Shown: one piece after another, positions 19,071 to 29,717 of the stretch
Layout of the letters: each line of letters opens with the position of its first letter
Numbering within the stretch: the stretch's first letter is position 1
Assembly: GCA_938041455.1 (NCBI GenBank)
Contig: CALITO010000008.1
Coordinates: 206,319-270,318 of the forward strand
Direction: 5' to 3'
DNA length: 64,000 nucleotides
Source: an uncultured bacterium
GTDB taxonomy: Bacteria; Armatimonadota; JACIXR01
Notes under the pieces: model-generated
Told to the model about the DNA's origin: nothing
The model's input: the letters and a program-made list of their open reading frames with translations, nothing else
The model's database searches: none
Translations under genes and position numbers: made by a program

Positions 19071-20206
19071 AAAGTATGGATTTGGTGACCAAGTCCAACC
19101 TGCTGGGGGAAGCAGCTAAATACGATATCTGCTCCGAGCAAGGAAGGTTCTCTCGTGCTTTCCGCAGCATTTATTATGCATCTCAAGGAGGAAATAAGTG
19201 TATTCCCCTTTTTAAAACCCTCCTTTCCTCCCGCTGTCAAAATAATTGTCTCTATTGTCCAATAAGGGCGGGAAGGGATATACCAAGAGCTCGCTATACT
19301 CCCGAGGAGTTAGCGAACATATTCTCCTATCTTTTGCAAAAGGGTTATGTTAGGGGGTTATTCCTCTCCTCAGCGATTGATACCTCTCCCCTCTATTCTA
19401 TGACGAAGATGATAGAAGCAGTGGAAATAGTGAGGAGAAGGGGATTTAATGGGTATATTCATCTCAAGATACTCCCCGGGGTGGATTTACAAAGCGTTGA
19501 GATGGCTATGAAGTTGGCTGACCGTGTATCCATAAACTTCGAAGCACCGAGCCAGTTTCACTTAGCTCTTATATCTCGTGAGAAATTTATGGAGGATTTC
19601 CTCCAGAAAATGGAATGGCTGAAGAAACTCTCTCAGCAGATAGAGTTACCTGCCGGCTTCACTACCCAGTTTGTTGTGGGAGCGGCGGGCGAAAGCGATT
19701 TTGAGATTCTATCTTTTGTGGATATGCTTTATTCTCGGTATTCCCTTCGCCGTGCCTATTTCTCTGCCTTCTATCCGGTCGTGGGGACACCGCTACAGGA
19801 TATGCCTGCTACGCCTAAATTGAGGGAAAACCGCCTTTATCAAGCGGATTTTCTTCTCCGCAAATATGGCTTTTCCTTTAACGAGCTCCCCTTTGACAAA
19901 AATGGCAACCTCCCCCGTAATCAAGACCCCAAACTGGTTTCCGCCTTGAGAAAGAGAGAATTTTTCCCCTTGGAGGTAAATAAGGCAAGCTTTGAAGAAC
20001 TCCTGAGGGTGCCAGGTATAGGACCCGTGTCAGCGAGGCGAATTGTAGAACTGAGAAGGGGGGAAAGGATAACATCATTGGAAATGCTGAAGAAGCTGGG
20101 GGCCGTTATAAAGAGGGCTAAGCATTTCATAACGGTAAATGGTTCCTACTTCGGCGCTTTAGATAATCTGAGTGAAGGACAGCTCACTCTGTTTAACCTT
20201 GGGTAA
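19067..20206 (+). CDS. Putative DNA modification/repair radical SAM protein with helix-hairpin-helix (TIGR03916-like)
   Basis: CxxxCxxC (CQNNCLYC), 'GYIHLKILPG', 'RE.RLYQADFLLRKYGF', HhH 'LLRVPGIGPVSA', C-terminal QLTLF. Confidence 0.88.
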   Translation: MKSMDLVTKSNLLGEAAKYDICSEQGRFSRAFRSIYYASQGGNKCIPLFKTLLSSRCQNNCLYCPIRAGRDIPRARYTPEELANIFSYLLQKGYVRGLFLSSAIDTSPLYSMTKMIEAVEIVRRRGFNGYIHLKILPGVDLQSVEMAMKLADRVSINFEAPSQFHLALISREKFMEDFLQKMEWLKKLSQQIELPAGFTTQFVVGAAGESDFEILSFVDMLYSRYSLRRAYFSAFYPVVGTPLQDMPATPKLRENRLYQADFLLRKYGFSFNELPFDKNGNLPRNQDPKLVSALRKREFFPLEVNKASFEELLRVPGIGPVSARRIVELRRGERITSLEMLKKLGAVIKRAKHFITVNGSYFGALDNLSEGQLTLFNLG

Positions 20207-20858
20207 CCACCAACCTCAGCCAGGAGCAAATAGTTTATCTTTTGCCAAGCAAAGAATGATAGAAAAGGATTTAATAGGGAGAGGGATTTACAACGAGAGG
20301 GTGCTATATGCTTTTTCTAAAGTGCCGAGGGAGGAATTCGTCCCACCTCAGTATAAACATTTAGCCTACGAGGATTATCCCCTCCCAATTGGGGAGGGGC
20401 AAACGATATCTCAACCATATATGGTCGCAATAATGCTTCAAGAGATGCACTTGAAGGGTGACGAGAAAGTGTTGGAGGTGGGTGCGGGTTCGGGGTATGT
20501 AGTGGCTTTGCTCGCTGAGATATGCAGGGAAGTTTGGGGAATAGAGAGAATAGCATCCCTTGCTGAGCAGGCGAGGGAACGCCTTCAGAAACTGGGCTAT
20601 ACCAACGCACACATAATTATAGGGGATGGTTCCAAGGGATTGCCCGAACAAGCACCCTTCGATGCTATCTTGGTCTCTGCGGCAGGAAGAAGGGTCCCAC
20701 CCGCTCTCTGGGAACAATTGGCAGAAGGGGGTAGGCTCATTATACCGTTGGAGAATGAGTATTCCCAAATACTCACCGTAATAGAGAAGAAGGAAGGGAA
20801 AATGAGGAAACGGGAGGCAGGTCCCTGCCTTTTCGTTCCCCTTATAGAGGAAGAATAG
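20172..20858 (+). CDS. pcm: Protein-L-isoaspartate O-methyltransferase (start uncertain, possibly TTG 20199)
   Basis: 'VPREEF', 'AYED.PLPIGEGQTISQPYMVA', 'VLEVGAGSGY', 'APFDAILVSA', 'FVPL'. Confidence 0.93.
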   Translation: MKDSSLCLTLGNHQPQPGANSLSFAKQRMIEKDLIGRGIYNERVLYAFSKVPREEFVPPQYKHLAYEDYPLPIGEGQTISQPYMVAIMLQEMHLKGDEKVLEVGAGSGYVVALLAEICREVWGIERIASLAEQARERLQKLGYTNAHIIIGDGSKGLPEQAPFDAILVSAAGRRVPPALWEQLAEGGRLIIPLENEYSQILTVIEKKEGKMRKREAGPCLFVPLIEEE

Positions 20859-20916
20859 CGTTTTAAAGGTTTAGAGAGCCCCGCTCTTGTAATATCTTTT
20901 TCCTATATTTAACACC

Positions 20917-22419
20917 CTATTTTCCTGTTTCCGCTTGAAGATTCTTCAGCGTGGTCCCGGGAAAGTAATGCCTGATTATCTCCGGATAACTGTAACCCTT
21001 TTTTGCCAATCCCACTGCTCCCCATTGGCAGAAACCTATCCCATGTCCCGAACCACCACCTACTATCTTGAATGTCGTTTTATCCTCGCTCTTTTCCTTT
21101 TCTACAAAGAAAAGAAGACTTGGTAAGCTACCTTTTGAGGCGGGTCTGCCATCTCCAAACGCCCAACGGACCTCGTCACCCCTCAACATAATAATCCCTT
21201 CCTTTGTCTCTATCTTCAGCGCTCTTACTCTCCCCCAAGGGCTTCTTTCATCCACGCTTATATCCTTTATCTTTTCTACTTTAAGAGTGGGCTTGCGAAG
21301 GAGCAAAGGAAGGGAACGGGAAAAAATCTCCTGCAAATCACCTTCTCCATACTTGCGAATCCACCGGAAATCAGGGGCTAATTCGCAGTTAAATCCGCCC
21401 TTTTTCTCAAGGAATTTCTTTAGATTCTCCTCCGAACTTAAATCAAGGGGGTAAGGACTATTATCAGGTTTCGCGATTAAATAAGGGGCGGAAGCTCCCC
21501 AAAGGCTGGCGTCCTCTCCAATTCCTCCACAGCAGGAATGGAAGGGAGTGAGGGCGGGTTTCTCCTTATAGGTAACTATGATCCCTTTTGTTGCTTCAAT
21601 AATATCGTTGAACTTGGATTTCTCATAATCATAACCCAGATAAATTTGGCAGTGACGATCGCCACATAGGTCAAATCCTTCTTTTTTGTGGCGTCCTAAA
21701 GAATAGACTGCATAGGTTCGGGCAACTACCGCCTGTGCCTTCAGACACTCCGTAGGAAAATGGGAGGGTATTTCGGCAGGTAATACGCCTCTCAGATAAT
21801 CCTCCAAATCCAGCTCGTTAACTAATTCCGAAAGGGAAGCGTTATTCACGAATATCTCCAACTCGCCCCTGAACCTCCTACTTGGAGCACTATCAATGGA
21901 AACGGCGAAAAAGCCTTGTCCTTTATCCTTGATAGGGGCAAGCCTGAGGCGAGCGTCACAGGGGAATACCATTCTTTTACCTTCTATTTCCACTTCTAAC
22001 CTCTTCTCCTCAAGTTCTTTTTCGAAAGGGTAAGTGATGATGTCCTTGCCCTTGATACGCTCCTGCAGCACTTTCTTCCCTACTTGTAGCTCGCACCTCG
22101 CAACAACATCCCTACCATTCCTTTCTACATCATAACCTAGCAACTTCACTTCCCTTTCTACTCTTTGAGCAATTTCCTCGTTAGGGCAATTGAATCTAAG
22201 AAAATAGGTTTTCCTCGTCTTGGTGAGAAAGGAAAACCTCGCTTCGTTTAAGGAGGAATTAAGAAACTCTCCATTGGATAAGTTTTTCAAGGAAAAAGGA
22301 GTGGAGCAAGCTATATGGAGCTCTCGCCATCCTTTCCCTATTTCCACTCTTATAGGAAGGGCAAAAGACTTGCCTACCAGTAGAGGGACGAGCCAGAGAA
22401 AAGACTTTATCTTGTTCAA
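20917..22419 (-). CDS. SpoIID/LytB family lytic transglycosylase
   Basis: Signal peptide; 'VNELDLEDYLRGVLPAE', 'LKAQAVVARTYA', 'HCQIY.G', 'GSGHGIGFCQWGA', 'II.HYFPG'. Confidence 0.92.
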   Translation of the reverse strand: MNKIKSFLWLVPLLVGKSFALPIRVEIGKGWRELHIACSTPFSLKNLSNGEFLNSSLNEARFSFLTKTRKTYFLRFNCPNEEIAQRVEREVKLLGYDVERNGRDVVARCELQVGKKVLQERIKGKDIITYPFEKELEEKRLEVEIEGKRMVFPCDARLRLAPIKDKGQGFFAVSIDSAPSRRFRGELEIFVNNASLSELVNELDLEDYLRGVLPAEIPSHFPTECLKAQAVVARTYAVYSLGRHKKEGFDLCGDRHCQIYLGYDYEKSKFNDIIEATKGIIVTYKEKPALTPFHSCCGGIGEDASLWGASAPYLIAKPDNSPYPLDLSSEENLKKFLEKKGGFNCELAPDFRWIRKYGEGDLQEIFSRSLPLLLRKPTLKVEKIKDISVDERSPWGRVRALKIETKEGIIMLRGDEVRWAFGDGRPASKGSLPSLLFFVEKEKSEDKTTFKIVGGGSGHGIGFCQWGAVGLAKKGYSYPEIIRHYFPGTTLKNLQAETGK

Positions 22420-22422
22420 GGA

Positions 22423-23382
22423 TTATTCTTGAAGTCTGATAACTCTTCCCAGCTGAGAAGAGCGCTGAATGGAAAGGCAAACCTGAAGGGCCAATCTACC
22501 CACCTCTGCATCTATCCCCACGGGCTTACCCTCTTTTATACATTTGAGGAAGTAAAACATTTCCTCATAGTAGGGGTCGGCTTCCTTTGACAAGGGAAAT
22601 TCCTCCACTTCCCTCTCGGTTTCCTTCACTATCACCTTATCATATTCTTTCATAATTGCTACCCCCCTTGTTCCTATTAATCCTATGGCGGAGAAGCCGA
22701 GGGGATTGGACCACGATGAACCCAGGATTCCTATCCCCTTCTTGAAGGTGAGGATGCCCCAAACATTGTCCTCTATGCCCAAGTCGGCACGGGATTTGAG
22801 CGTCTTTCCATAGACGGCGGATGGCTTCCCACCAAGCCAGCAGAGGAAGTCAACATCGTGGGTGTTGAATTCCACGGTCATCCCCCCACTCTTCTTGGGG
22901 TCGAAAAGCCAGGGAGCCCCTGGTAATCCACCCATCCTGTTTATCCAAACTACCACGAGGTCCCCTACCCTTTCGCTCACCAGGATTTCCTTAAAAGCTT
23001 GGAATGCGGGAAAGAAGCGGAGGACATAGCCAACCATAAGCTGGACCTCGTTTCTTTTCACTTCTTCCACTATTCTGTCAGCTTGGCGCATAGTAAGGGC
23101 GAGGGGTTTCTCCACAAAGATATGCTTTCCTGCCCGGGCTGAACTGACGATTTGTCCAAAGTGAGCAAATGGAGGAGTGCAAACTACCACTGCGTCAACT
23201 TTGTCCAATTCCCTTTCCCAATTTTTGACGAAGGAACACTCTATTTCCCCTGCCAGTTTCTCTCCTACTTCTCTATTCACATCCGTGACCCATACCACCT
23301 CCGCATCGGGTATGCGCTTCAAATTTCGGGAATGGAGCCTACCCATTCCGCCTGCTCCGATGATGCCGAACCTCAAAGCCAT
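22423..23382 (-). CDS. Gfo/Idh/MocA family oxidoreductase
   Basis: 'GIIGAGGMG', 'GKHIFVEKPLA', 'SGG......HDVD'. Confidence 0.92.
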   Translation of the reverse strand: MALRFGIIGAGGMGRLHSRNLKRIPDAEVVWVTDVNREVGEKLAGEIECSFVKNWERELDKVDAVVVCTPPFAHFGQIVSSARAGKHIFVEKPLALTMRQADRIVEEVKRNEVQLMVGYVLRFFPAFQAFKEILVSERVGDLVVVWINRMGGLPGAPWLFDPKKSGGMTVEFNTHDVDFLCWLGGKPSAVYGKTLKSRADLGIEDNVWGILTFKKGIGILGSSWSNPLGFSAIGLIGTRGVAIMKEYDKVIVKETEREVEEFPLSKEADPYYEEMFYFLKCIKEGKPVGIDAEVGRLALQVCLSIQRSSQLGRVIRLQE

Positions 23383-23396
23383 AATTTATCGCCTCC

Positions 23397-24833
23397 CTAT
23401 CTTTTTAACTCTTCCAATTCCTCCTTAAGGACTCGGGAGGTGAGGGAAGGATTTGCTTTACCTTTGGTTTTCCTCATAATTTGTCCCATCAGAAAGCCTA
23501 TAGCTTTCTCCTTTCCCTTAAGATACTGCTCCACTGCGTCTTTTTCCTCCTCTATAACTTCCCTCACGATTTCCCTTATAGCTTCTTCATCGGTGATTTG
23601 AAGAAGTCCTCTTTCCTCTACTATCCTCTTGGGTGACTTTCCTTTCAGGACAACTTCGGGAAAAATCTCCTTAGCTATCCTTATGCTTATCGTTCCCTCG
23701 TCCAAAAGTTTGAGCATCTCCACTAATAATTGAGCATTGAAAGGCACTTCTTCTATACTTTTTCTTTCCGTATTAAGGATTCCCTGGAAATCTGATATCA
23801 GCCAATTTGCTATCTTCTTTGCCTCGGTGTATTGGGAAACCGCTTCTTCAAAGAGCTTCGCTAAGGGAAGGGAAACGATGAGGATGTGCGCCTCCTCCCG
23901 GGATAGTCCCATTCCCCTGACGAATCTTTCTTCCTTCTGAGCCGGTAGCTCGGGAATTTGTCTTCTTATCTCTGCCATCCATCTCTCATCAACTACGATC
24001 GGGGGAATATCCGGCTCAGGGAAATAGCGATAATCGTGAGCCTCTTCCTTTCCCCGCATAGGGAAGGTTTCTTTCTTCTCCTCATTCCAACCTCTTGTCT
24101 CCTGTTCTATCTTACCACCCGCCTCAAGAATCTTCAATTGGCGGTTTATCTCGTATTCAAGTGCTTCACCTACCGCCCTTATGGAGCCAAGGTTCTTTAT
24201 CTCCACCTTTGTTCCCCAGGTATTTGTTTCCAAGTCATAGAGGGATATATTGGGCTCACATCTCAGGGAACCTTCCTCCATCTTCCCGTCACATACGCCC
24301 AGATATTGTAAAAGAAGGCGCAGGCGTTCAAGAAATTCCTTTGCCTCCTCAGGGGAGTTTATATCGGGCTCCGTTACAATCTCCATTAAGGGGACACCCG
24401 AGCGATTGAAATCTATGTAGCTCTTATCTCCAATATGGATTAGTCTACCCGTGTCCTCCTCTAAATGCACTCTCCTTATGCGGATATCCTTCTTCCTTCC
24501 ACTAACTTCTATCTCCAATTTTCCATTCTTCCCCAAGGGCAACTCATATTGACTTATCTGATAGTTCTTGGGCAAATCAGGGTAAAAGTAATTCTTGCGA
24601 GCAAAGTGGGCATAGGAAGCTATTTCGCAATTAAGAGCTAGGGCGGTCATAATGGTGAATTCTACTGCTTTCTTGTTGGTGACCGGCAGAACTCCTGGGA
24701 AACCCAGGCAAATGGGGCAAGTCTGCGTATTGGGTGGTGCACCGAATTTCGTTGAGCATCGGCAGAACATCTTCGTCTCGGTTAAAAGCTCAGCGTGGAC
24801 TTCCATACCTACAACGGGAAGATATTTCGACAT
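23397..24833 (-). CDS. gatB: Asp-tRNA(Asn)/Glu-tRNA(Gln) amidotransferase subunit B
   Basis: '[14 protein letters not shown]', '[18 protein letters not shown]', 'HLEED', 'DYRYFPEPD'. Confidence 0.97.
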   Translation of the reverse strand: MSKYLPVVGMEVHAELLTETKMFCRCSTKFGAPPNTQTCPICLGFPGVLPVTNKKAVEFTIMTALALNCEIASYAHFARKNYFYPDLPKNYQISQYELPLGKNGKLEIEVSGRKKDIRIRRVHLEEDTGRLIHIGDKSYIDFNRSGVPLMEIVTEPDINSPEEAKEFLERLRLLLQYLGVCDGKMEEGSLRCEPNISLYDLETNTWGTKVEIKNLGSIRAVGEALEYEINRQLKILEAGGKIEQETRGWNEEKKETFPMRGKEEAHDYRYFPEPDIPPIVVDERWMAEIRRQIPELPAQKEERFVRGMGLSREEAHILIVSLPLAKLFEEAVSQYTEAKKIANWLISDFQGILNTERKSIEEVPFNAQLLVEMLKLLDEGTISIRIAKEIFPEVVLKGKSPKRIVEERGLLQITDEEAIREIVREVIEEEKDAVEQYLKGKEKAIGFLMGQIMRKTKGKANPSLTSRVLKEELEELKR

Positions 24834-24846
24834 AAACCGCCTCCCT

Positions 24847-25791
24847 TTAAAGAGTTTCTATATATTTTAGCAATTTTTGAAAAGAGAGGGGAAGAGGAGA
24901 GCGAAGAGTTAGTAATTCATCCTTGAAAGGGTGAAAAAAGGAAAGTTGATGGGCATAAAGTGCTTGTCCTCCAAGTTCTTGGATGCTCTCCCGCATAAGA
25001 GGGGGATAGGAATGCCTGGGGGCATAAAGGGGGTCGCCAACGATGGGATGCCCTATATAGGCACAATGAACCCTTATCTGATGTGTTCTTCCTGTGAAGA
25101 GTTTCGCTTCAAGGAGAGAAAAGCCTTTGAACACTTTGAGTCTTCTCAGCATAGTCCTCGCTTCCTTACCCTTCCTCTTTACTATGATCCTATTTCTATG
25201 GGGAACCCTCATCAAAGGGACATCCACGAGCTTTTCCTCAAAATCGACCTCTTTATGAACTAAGGCTATATATCTCCTATCTATCTCCCTCTCCCTCATC
25301 ATCTTGGCTAATTTAATGTGAGCGGGGTCGGTTTTAGCAACTACTAAGAGTCCACCCGTGTCCCTATCAAGGCGATGAACTATTCCCGGTCGGAGAGGAA
25401 AGCCTATAGACGATAGTGGAAAACGATAAAGCAAGGCGTTGACAAGGGTCCCACTTCTCTTATTACCTACGGGATGGGTAAGCATACCGAAGGGCTTTTC
25501 CACTACCGCTAAGAACTCGTCCTCATAAATTACATTTATGGGGATTGGTTCAGGCTTTATTTCCAAGGTGGGGGGAGGGGGAATTGTTATCTCTATCAAT
25601 TCCCCGCCCCTTAACTTATAGGAGGGCTTACTTTCCTTCCCCGAAACGAGGATATATCCGCTTTCTATCAATTGTTGGATGTGATTGCGAGAAAATAGAG
25701 GATAGAGACGCTCGCTGAGGTAAACATCCAAGCGTTTACCTTTTTCTTCTCCTATTAGTTCTATTTTTTCTCCCTTCCTAATCTCAGCCAA
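24847..25791 (-). CDS. RluA/RluD family 23S rRNA pseudouridine synthase with S4 domain
   Basis: 'RLD.YL' S4 domain, '[15 protein letters not shown]', '[10 protein letters not shown]', '[10 protein letters not shown]'. Confidence 0.93.
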   Translation of the reverse strand: MAEIRKGEKIELIGEEKGKRLDVYLSERLYPLFSRNHIQQLIESGYILVSGKESKPSYKLRGGELIEITIPPPPTLEIKPEPIPINVIYEDEFLAVVEKPFGMLTHPVGNKRSGTLVNALLYRFPLSSIGFPLRPGIVHRLDRDTGGLLVVAKTDPAHIKLAKMMREREIDRRYIALVHKEVDFEEKLVDVPLMRVPHRNRIIVKRKGKEARTMLRRLKVFKGFSLLEAKLFTGRTHQIRVHCAYIGHPIVGDPLYAPRHSYPPLMRESIQELGGQALYAHQLSFFHPFKDELLTLRSPLPLSFQKLLKYIETL

Positions 25792-26513
25792 AGATAAACA
25801 CCTACAAGGAGAAGGATTGCACTTGCCAGTTGAGCTTGGGTAATCCCATCAAAAAGAATTTGGGCAGTTTCCCCTTTGCGCAAGATCTCTGCGAGGATGC
25901 GATAGAAGGGGTAGAGCATCATATAAAGGGAAAATGTTTGTCCCTGTGTTTTTTTCCTTTTCCCATCAAACCAGAGTAGAAGCAAGAGGAAGACCATATT
26001 GGCAACAAAGGCATATAGTTGAACTGGGTGATGGGGTTCTCCTGGGGATACGGAGGGGAATCTCACTCCCCAAGGTAGATTTGTGGGGATCCCATAACAG
26101 CAGCCGTTGAGGAAGCAGCCGATGCGCCCGAAGGCGTAGCCAAGAGCAAGAGAAGGGGTAATGAGATCGGACATTTGAAAAAAACTTATTCCTCGCCTTC
26201 TACAAAAAACGATCGTCGTTATAACGCCTGCTCCAAGTGAGCCATAGAAGGACAAACCGCCGTTCCATATTGCTACTATTTGCAATGGGTTGTGTATATA
26301 GAAGGAGATGTTCAACATAACATATACCAATCTCCCCCCTATTATTCCCGCTAAAAGTAGGTAAAGAGCCAAATCAAGGAGGTATTCCTTAGGAACGCTA
26401 TATTTTTGCGCCCTTTTAACTGCCAGCCAGTAACCCAAGGCGAAACCTATCAGTAGCATAAGTCCCCAGGAACGGAGAGCTAAGGGACCTATCTTAAAAA
26501 GTATTGGGTGCAC
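25761..26513 (-). CDS. lgt: Prolipoprotein diacylglyceryl transferase
   Basis: 'GGRLVYV', 'IWNGGLSFYG', 'GRIGCFLNGCCYG', 'HPVQLY'. Confidence 0.95.
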   Translation of the reverse strand: MHPILFKIGPLALRSWGLMLLIGFALGYWLAVKRAQKYSVPKEYLLDLALYLLLAGIIGGRLVYVMLNISFYIHNPLQIVAIWNGGLSFYGSLGAGVITTIVFCRRRGISFFQMSDLITPSLALGYAFGRIGCFLNGCCYGIPTNLPWGVRFPSVSPGEPHHPVQLYAFVANMVFLLLLLWFDGKRKKTQGQTFSLYMMLYPFYRILAEILRKGETAQILFDGITQAQLASAILLLVGVYLWLRLGREKK

Positions 26514-26934
26514 TTTCTTCTCCTCCTTTTCTCAAAGCTGAGATGATAGTGAGAATAACTCCGAAAAATATACAAATATCTGCTAAATTAAAAATAGGCC
26601 AGTAACGAATATGGAGGAAGTCAAGGACGTAGCCGAGCCTTATTCTATCCACAATATTTCCTAACGCTCCTCCCACGATGAGATAAAGGTAAGGTGAATG
26701 GCGGTGCCAAAAATATATCAAGAGGGCAACGATTGCCAGGCTGAGGAGGGAGAGAAAAAAAGAATTGAAGGTTGTGAAAACCCCAAATGCCACGCCTCTA
26801 TTCTCTGTAGGTGTTAAGTAAAGAACGCCGGGAATTATGGGATAAGAAAGTCCAAGGGGGATCTTTTTCAAGATAATGATTTTGCTCAGCTGGTCAAATA
26901 TAAATGTGGAAACCGCCAATACTATCCTAAGCAA
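26494..26934 (-). CDS. lspA: Lipoprotein signal peptidase II
   Basis: 'DQLSK', 'NRGVAFG', 'GGALGNIVDR..LGYVLDF', 'WPIFNLAD'; follows ileS. Confidence 0.95.
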   Translation of the reverse strand: MLRIVLAVSTFIFDQLSKIIILKKIPLGLSYPIIPGVLYLTPTENRGVAFGVFTTFNSFFLSLLSLAIVALLIYFWHRHSPYLYLIVGGALGNIVDRIRLGYVLDFLHIRYWPIFNLADICIFFGVILTIISALRKGGEESAPNTF

Positions 26935-29717
26935 CTCTTCCCTTCCTTCTTAAGGATAGAAACACATCTTTGACAAAGTTCCGGATACTCCTTGTCCATT
27001 CCCACGCTTTCCTTTATCTGCCAACAACGGGCGCATTTTCTCCCTTTCGCTCGGGAAACTACCACCTTTATATCCTCTTCTACTCTGCTTTCTGCTGGCG
27101 CTTCCTCAAGGGGATGAACAGTTGCGTAGGAGGTTATCAGGATGTCGGAAAAATTGCCGTCCAAGTAGGACAGAGCATTTAGATATTCCGAAGGCAGATA
27201 GACATCAACGGCTGCCTCCAAGGGATTTGCGATGAGCCCTTTTGAACGCTCTTCTTCTAAATGTTTGTATACCTTTCGCCTTATTTCCCAGATCTTCTCC
27301 CATCGCTTCTCCAGTTCCTCATCCACGAATTCCTTATCTATCTCTGGCCAATCGGAGAGATGGACGCTTTCGGGCTTGCCTTCCCAGGAAGGTAAGTGTT
27401 GAAAAGCTTCTTCCGCCGTATGCGGTATCACTGGGGCAAGGATAATCACCAAAACCTTCGCGATGTGAAAAAGGGCAGTCTGGGCAGATAGCCTTTCCCG
27501 AGAACTTGGAGGATAGATATATAAGCGGTCCTTCAGGATGTCAAGATAAAGAGAAGATAGCCAATTCACGCAGAAATCCAAGATAGAGTGGTAAGCTCTA
27601 TGAAATTGGAAAGCCTCATAAGCTTGGGTAACGGATTTAACGAGTTTCTGTAACTTGCTGAGCATAAATTTATCTAAGCTGAAAAGTGAATCTTTGGATA
27701 GAATGGAAGAGGGGTTAAAATCGTAGAGATTGCCAAGGATAAACCTGATGGTATTTCTTATCTTGCGATAGGATTCCGCCACCTGCTCCACTATTCCAAA
27801 TGACATATGAACATCCTCCGTGCAATTCAAAGATGATATCCATAACCTTAGCACATCCGCGCCCAGGCGTTCAACGACTTCCAAAGGAGATATCACATTT
27901 CCTAAGCTCTTATGCATAGGATGTCCTTCTGCATCTAAGACCCAGCCATTTGTTATTACCGTCTTATAAGGAGCTTGCCCCCTTATCGCCACTCCAATCA
28001 TCAAAGAGGAGTTGAACCACCCCCTATGCTGGTCTGCTCCCTCAAGATAAATATCCGCTGGCCACTTCAAGCCTTCCTTTTCATCAAGCACGCATAGATG
28101 GCTCGAGCCAGAATCGAACCAAACATCCAATATATCCTTCTCCTTTATAAAAGAATGACCACCGCACTTTGGGCAAGTAAAACCCGGCGGAAGTATCTCC
28201 TCAGGAGGAAGCTCGAACCAGGCGTCGGAACCTTTCTCCCATACAAGGTTGTATACTCTCTTAACCGTCTCAGGTGTTATGATTACCTCACCGCAATTCT
28301 CGCAATAAAAAGCAGGTATACCAACGCCCCACGCCCTCTGACGAGATAAACACCAATCGGGGCGGGTTTTAACCATGTTATATATGCGGTTTATCATCTG
28401 GGGAGGTATCCACCTTGTATTTTCTATTTCCTTCAAACATTTCTCCCTATGACCTTGGTGGTCTATGTCCATAAACCATTGAACAGTAGCACGAAATATA
28501 AGGGGATTTTTGCATCTCCAGCAGTGAGGGTATTCGTGGGTTATCTCGTCCACTTTGAGGAGAAGCTCTCTCTTTTGGAGGAGATCTACAATCGCAGTAT
28601 TTCCTTCCCCCATCACAGGTAACCCAGCGAACTCTCCCGCTTCTTCGTTGAATCTTCCTTCCGCATTAACAGGACTGAGGATTGGAAGGTTATACGCTTT
28701 GCCAACCAGATAATCCTCTTCGCCGTGACCCGGAGCGCAATGAACGAGTCCCGAGCCTTGCTCAGCTGTGACAAACTCGCTCAGAACGAGGGGGGATTCC
28801 CTTTCCAGGAAGGGATGGGAAAAGACCACCCCTTCCAAATTTCTGCCTCTTAATTCTTCCCTTTTCTCTACTACATCCCAAGCAAGTTCTTCTTTTACCC
28901 TGTCCAAAGTTTCCTTAGCTACAAGATATTTTCTCCCCTTCACTTCCACCACCAGGTAATGGAAATCGGGGTTAATCATTATCGCTACATTGCCCAGAAG
29001 TGTCCAAGGAGTAGTTGTCCAGATTATAGCGTGGGTATCCTGAAGTTTGCCTTTACCGTCCTTGAGGGGAAATGCTACCCATATAGAGGGTGATAATTTT
29101 TCCTTATACTCTATCTCTGCCTCCGCCAGGGCGGTCTGGCAGTTAGGGCACCAAAGGATGGGTTTTAATGCGCGATATATGTAGCCTTTGAAATAAAGCT
29201 CTCCAAATATACGCACTAACTCAGCCTCATATTCATTATCCATAGTTAAATAGGGGTTATCCCAATCCCCTATTATACCCAATCGTTTAAATTGTCTCTT
29301 TTGCACCTCTACGAAGTGGGCAGCGAAAGCACGACAGCGCTGGCGGATGAGGGTGATGCTGGGCTCTATCTTCTCCCTTATAATCTCCTCTTGGACCTCT
29401 TTCTCTATAGGCATACCATGGTTATCCCACCCCGGAATGAAGGGAGTGTAAAAACCTCTGAGCATTTTGTATCTTACAATGAAGTCCTTGAGTATTTTGT
29501 TAAGGGCGTGTCCCATATGGATATCTCCGTTGGAATAAGGTGGACCATCGTGGAGGATGAATATGGGACGCCCTTTTCTGCGTTCCAAGATCTTCTCGTA
29601 TAGTTTTATTTCTTCCCACTTTTTCTGGAACTCCGGCTCACGGTAAGATAGATTCGCTTTCATTGGGAAGGCGGTCTGGGGAAGATTTATTGTTTTACTG
29701 TAATCCAACCTACACAC
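26922..29717 (-). CDS. ileS: Isoleucine--tRNA ligase, IleRS1 type (likely start TTG 29708)
   Basis: 'LHDGPPYSNGDIHMGH', 'WTTTPWT', 'DWCLSRQR.WG', C-terminal zinc finger 'KCARCW...CQRC'; KMSKS loop reads PMHKS. Confidence 0.97.
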   Translation of the reverse strand: MCRLDYSKTINLPQTAFPMKANLSYREPEFQKKWEEIKLYEKILERRKGRPIFILHDGPPYSNGDIHMGHALNKILKDFIVRYKMLRGFYTPFIPGWDNHGMPIEKEVQEEIIREKIEPSITLIRQRCRAFAAHFVEVQKRQFKRLGIIGDWDNPYLTMDNEYEAELVRIFGELYFKGYIYRALKPILWCPNCQTALAEAEIEYKEKLSPSIWVAFPLKDGKGKLQDTHAIIWTTTPWTLLGNVAIMINPDFHYLVVEVKGRKYLVAKETLDRVKEELAWDVVEKREELRGRNLEGVVFSHPFLERESPLVLSEFVTAEQGSGLVHCAPGHGEEDYLVGKAYNLPILSPVNAEGRFNEEAGEFAGLPVMGEGNTAIVDLLQKRELLLKVDEITHEYPHCWRCKNPLIFRATVQWFMDIDHQGHREKCLKEIENTRWIPPQMINRIYNMVKTRPDWCLSRQRAWGVGIPAFYCENCGEVIITPETVKRVYNLVWEKGSDAWFELPPEEILPPGFTCPKCGGHSFIKEKDILDVWFDSGSSHLCVLDEKEGLKWPADIYLEGADQHRGWFNSSLMIGVAIRGQAPYKTVITNGWVLDAEGHPMHKSLGNVISPLEVVERLGADVLRLWISSLNCTEDVHMSFGIVEQVAESYRKIRNTIRFILGNLYDFNPSSILSKDSLFSLDKFMLSKLQKLVKSVTQAYEAFQFHRAYHSILDFCVNWLSSLYLDILKDRLYIYPPSSRERLSAQTALFHIAKVLVIILAPVIPHTAEEAFQHLPSWEGKPESVHLSDWPEIDKEFVDEELEKRWEKIWEIRRKVYKHLEEERSKGLIANPLEAAVDVYLPSEYLNALSYLDGNFSDILITSYATVHPLEEAPAESRVEEDIKVVVSRAKGRKCARCWQIKESVGMDKEYPELCQRCVSILKKEGKSCLG

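Noticed and set aside
20859..20916. Short AGAGC-CCC-GCTCT hairpin between convergent pcm and spoIID
   Set aside because: Stem too short and no adjacent U-tract; not called as a terminator.
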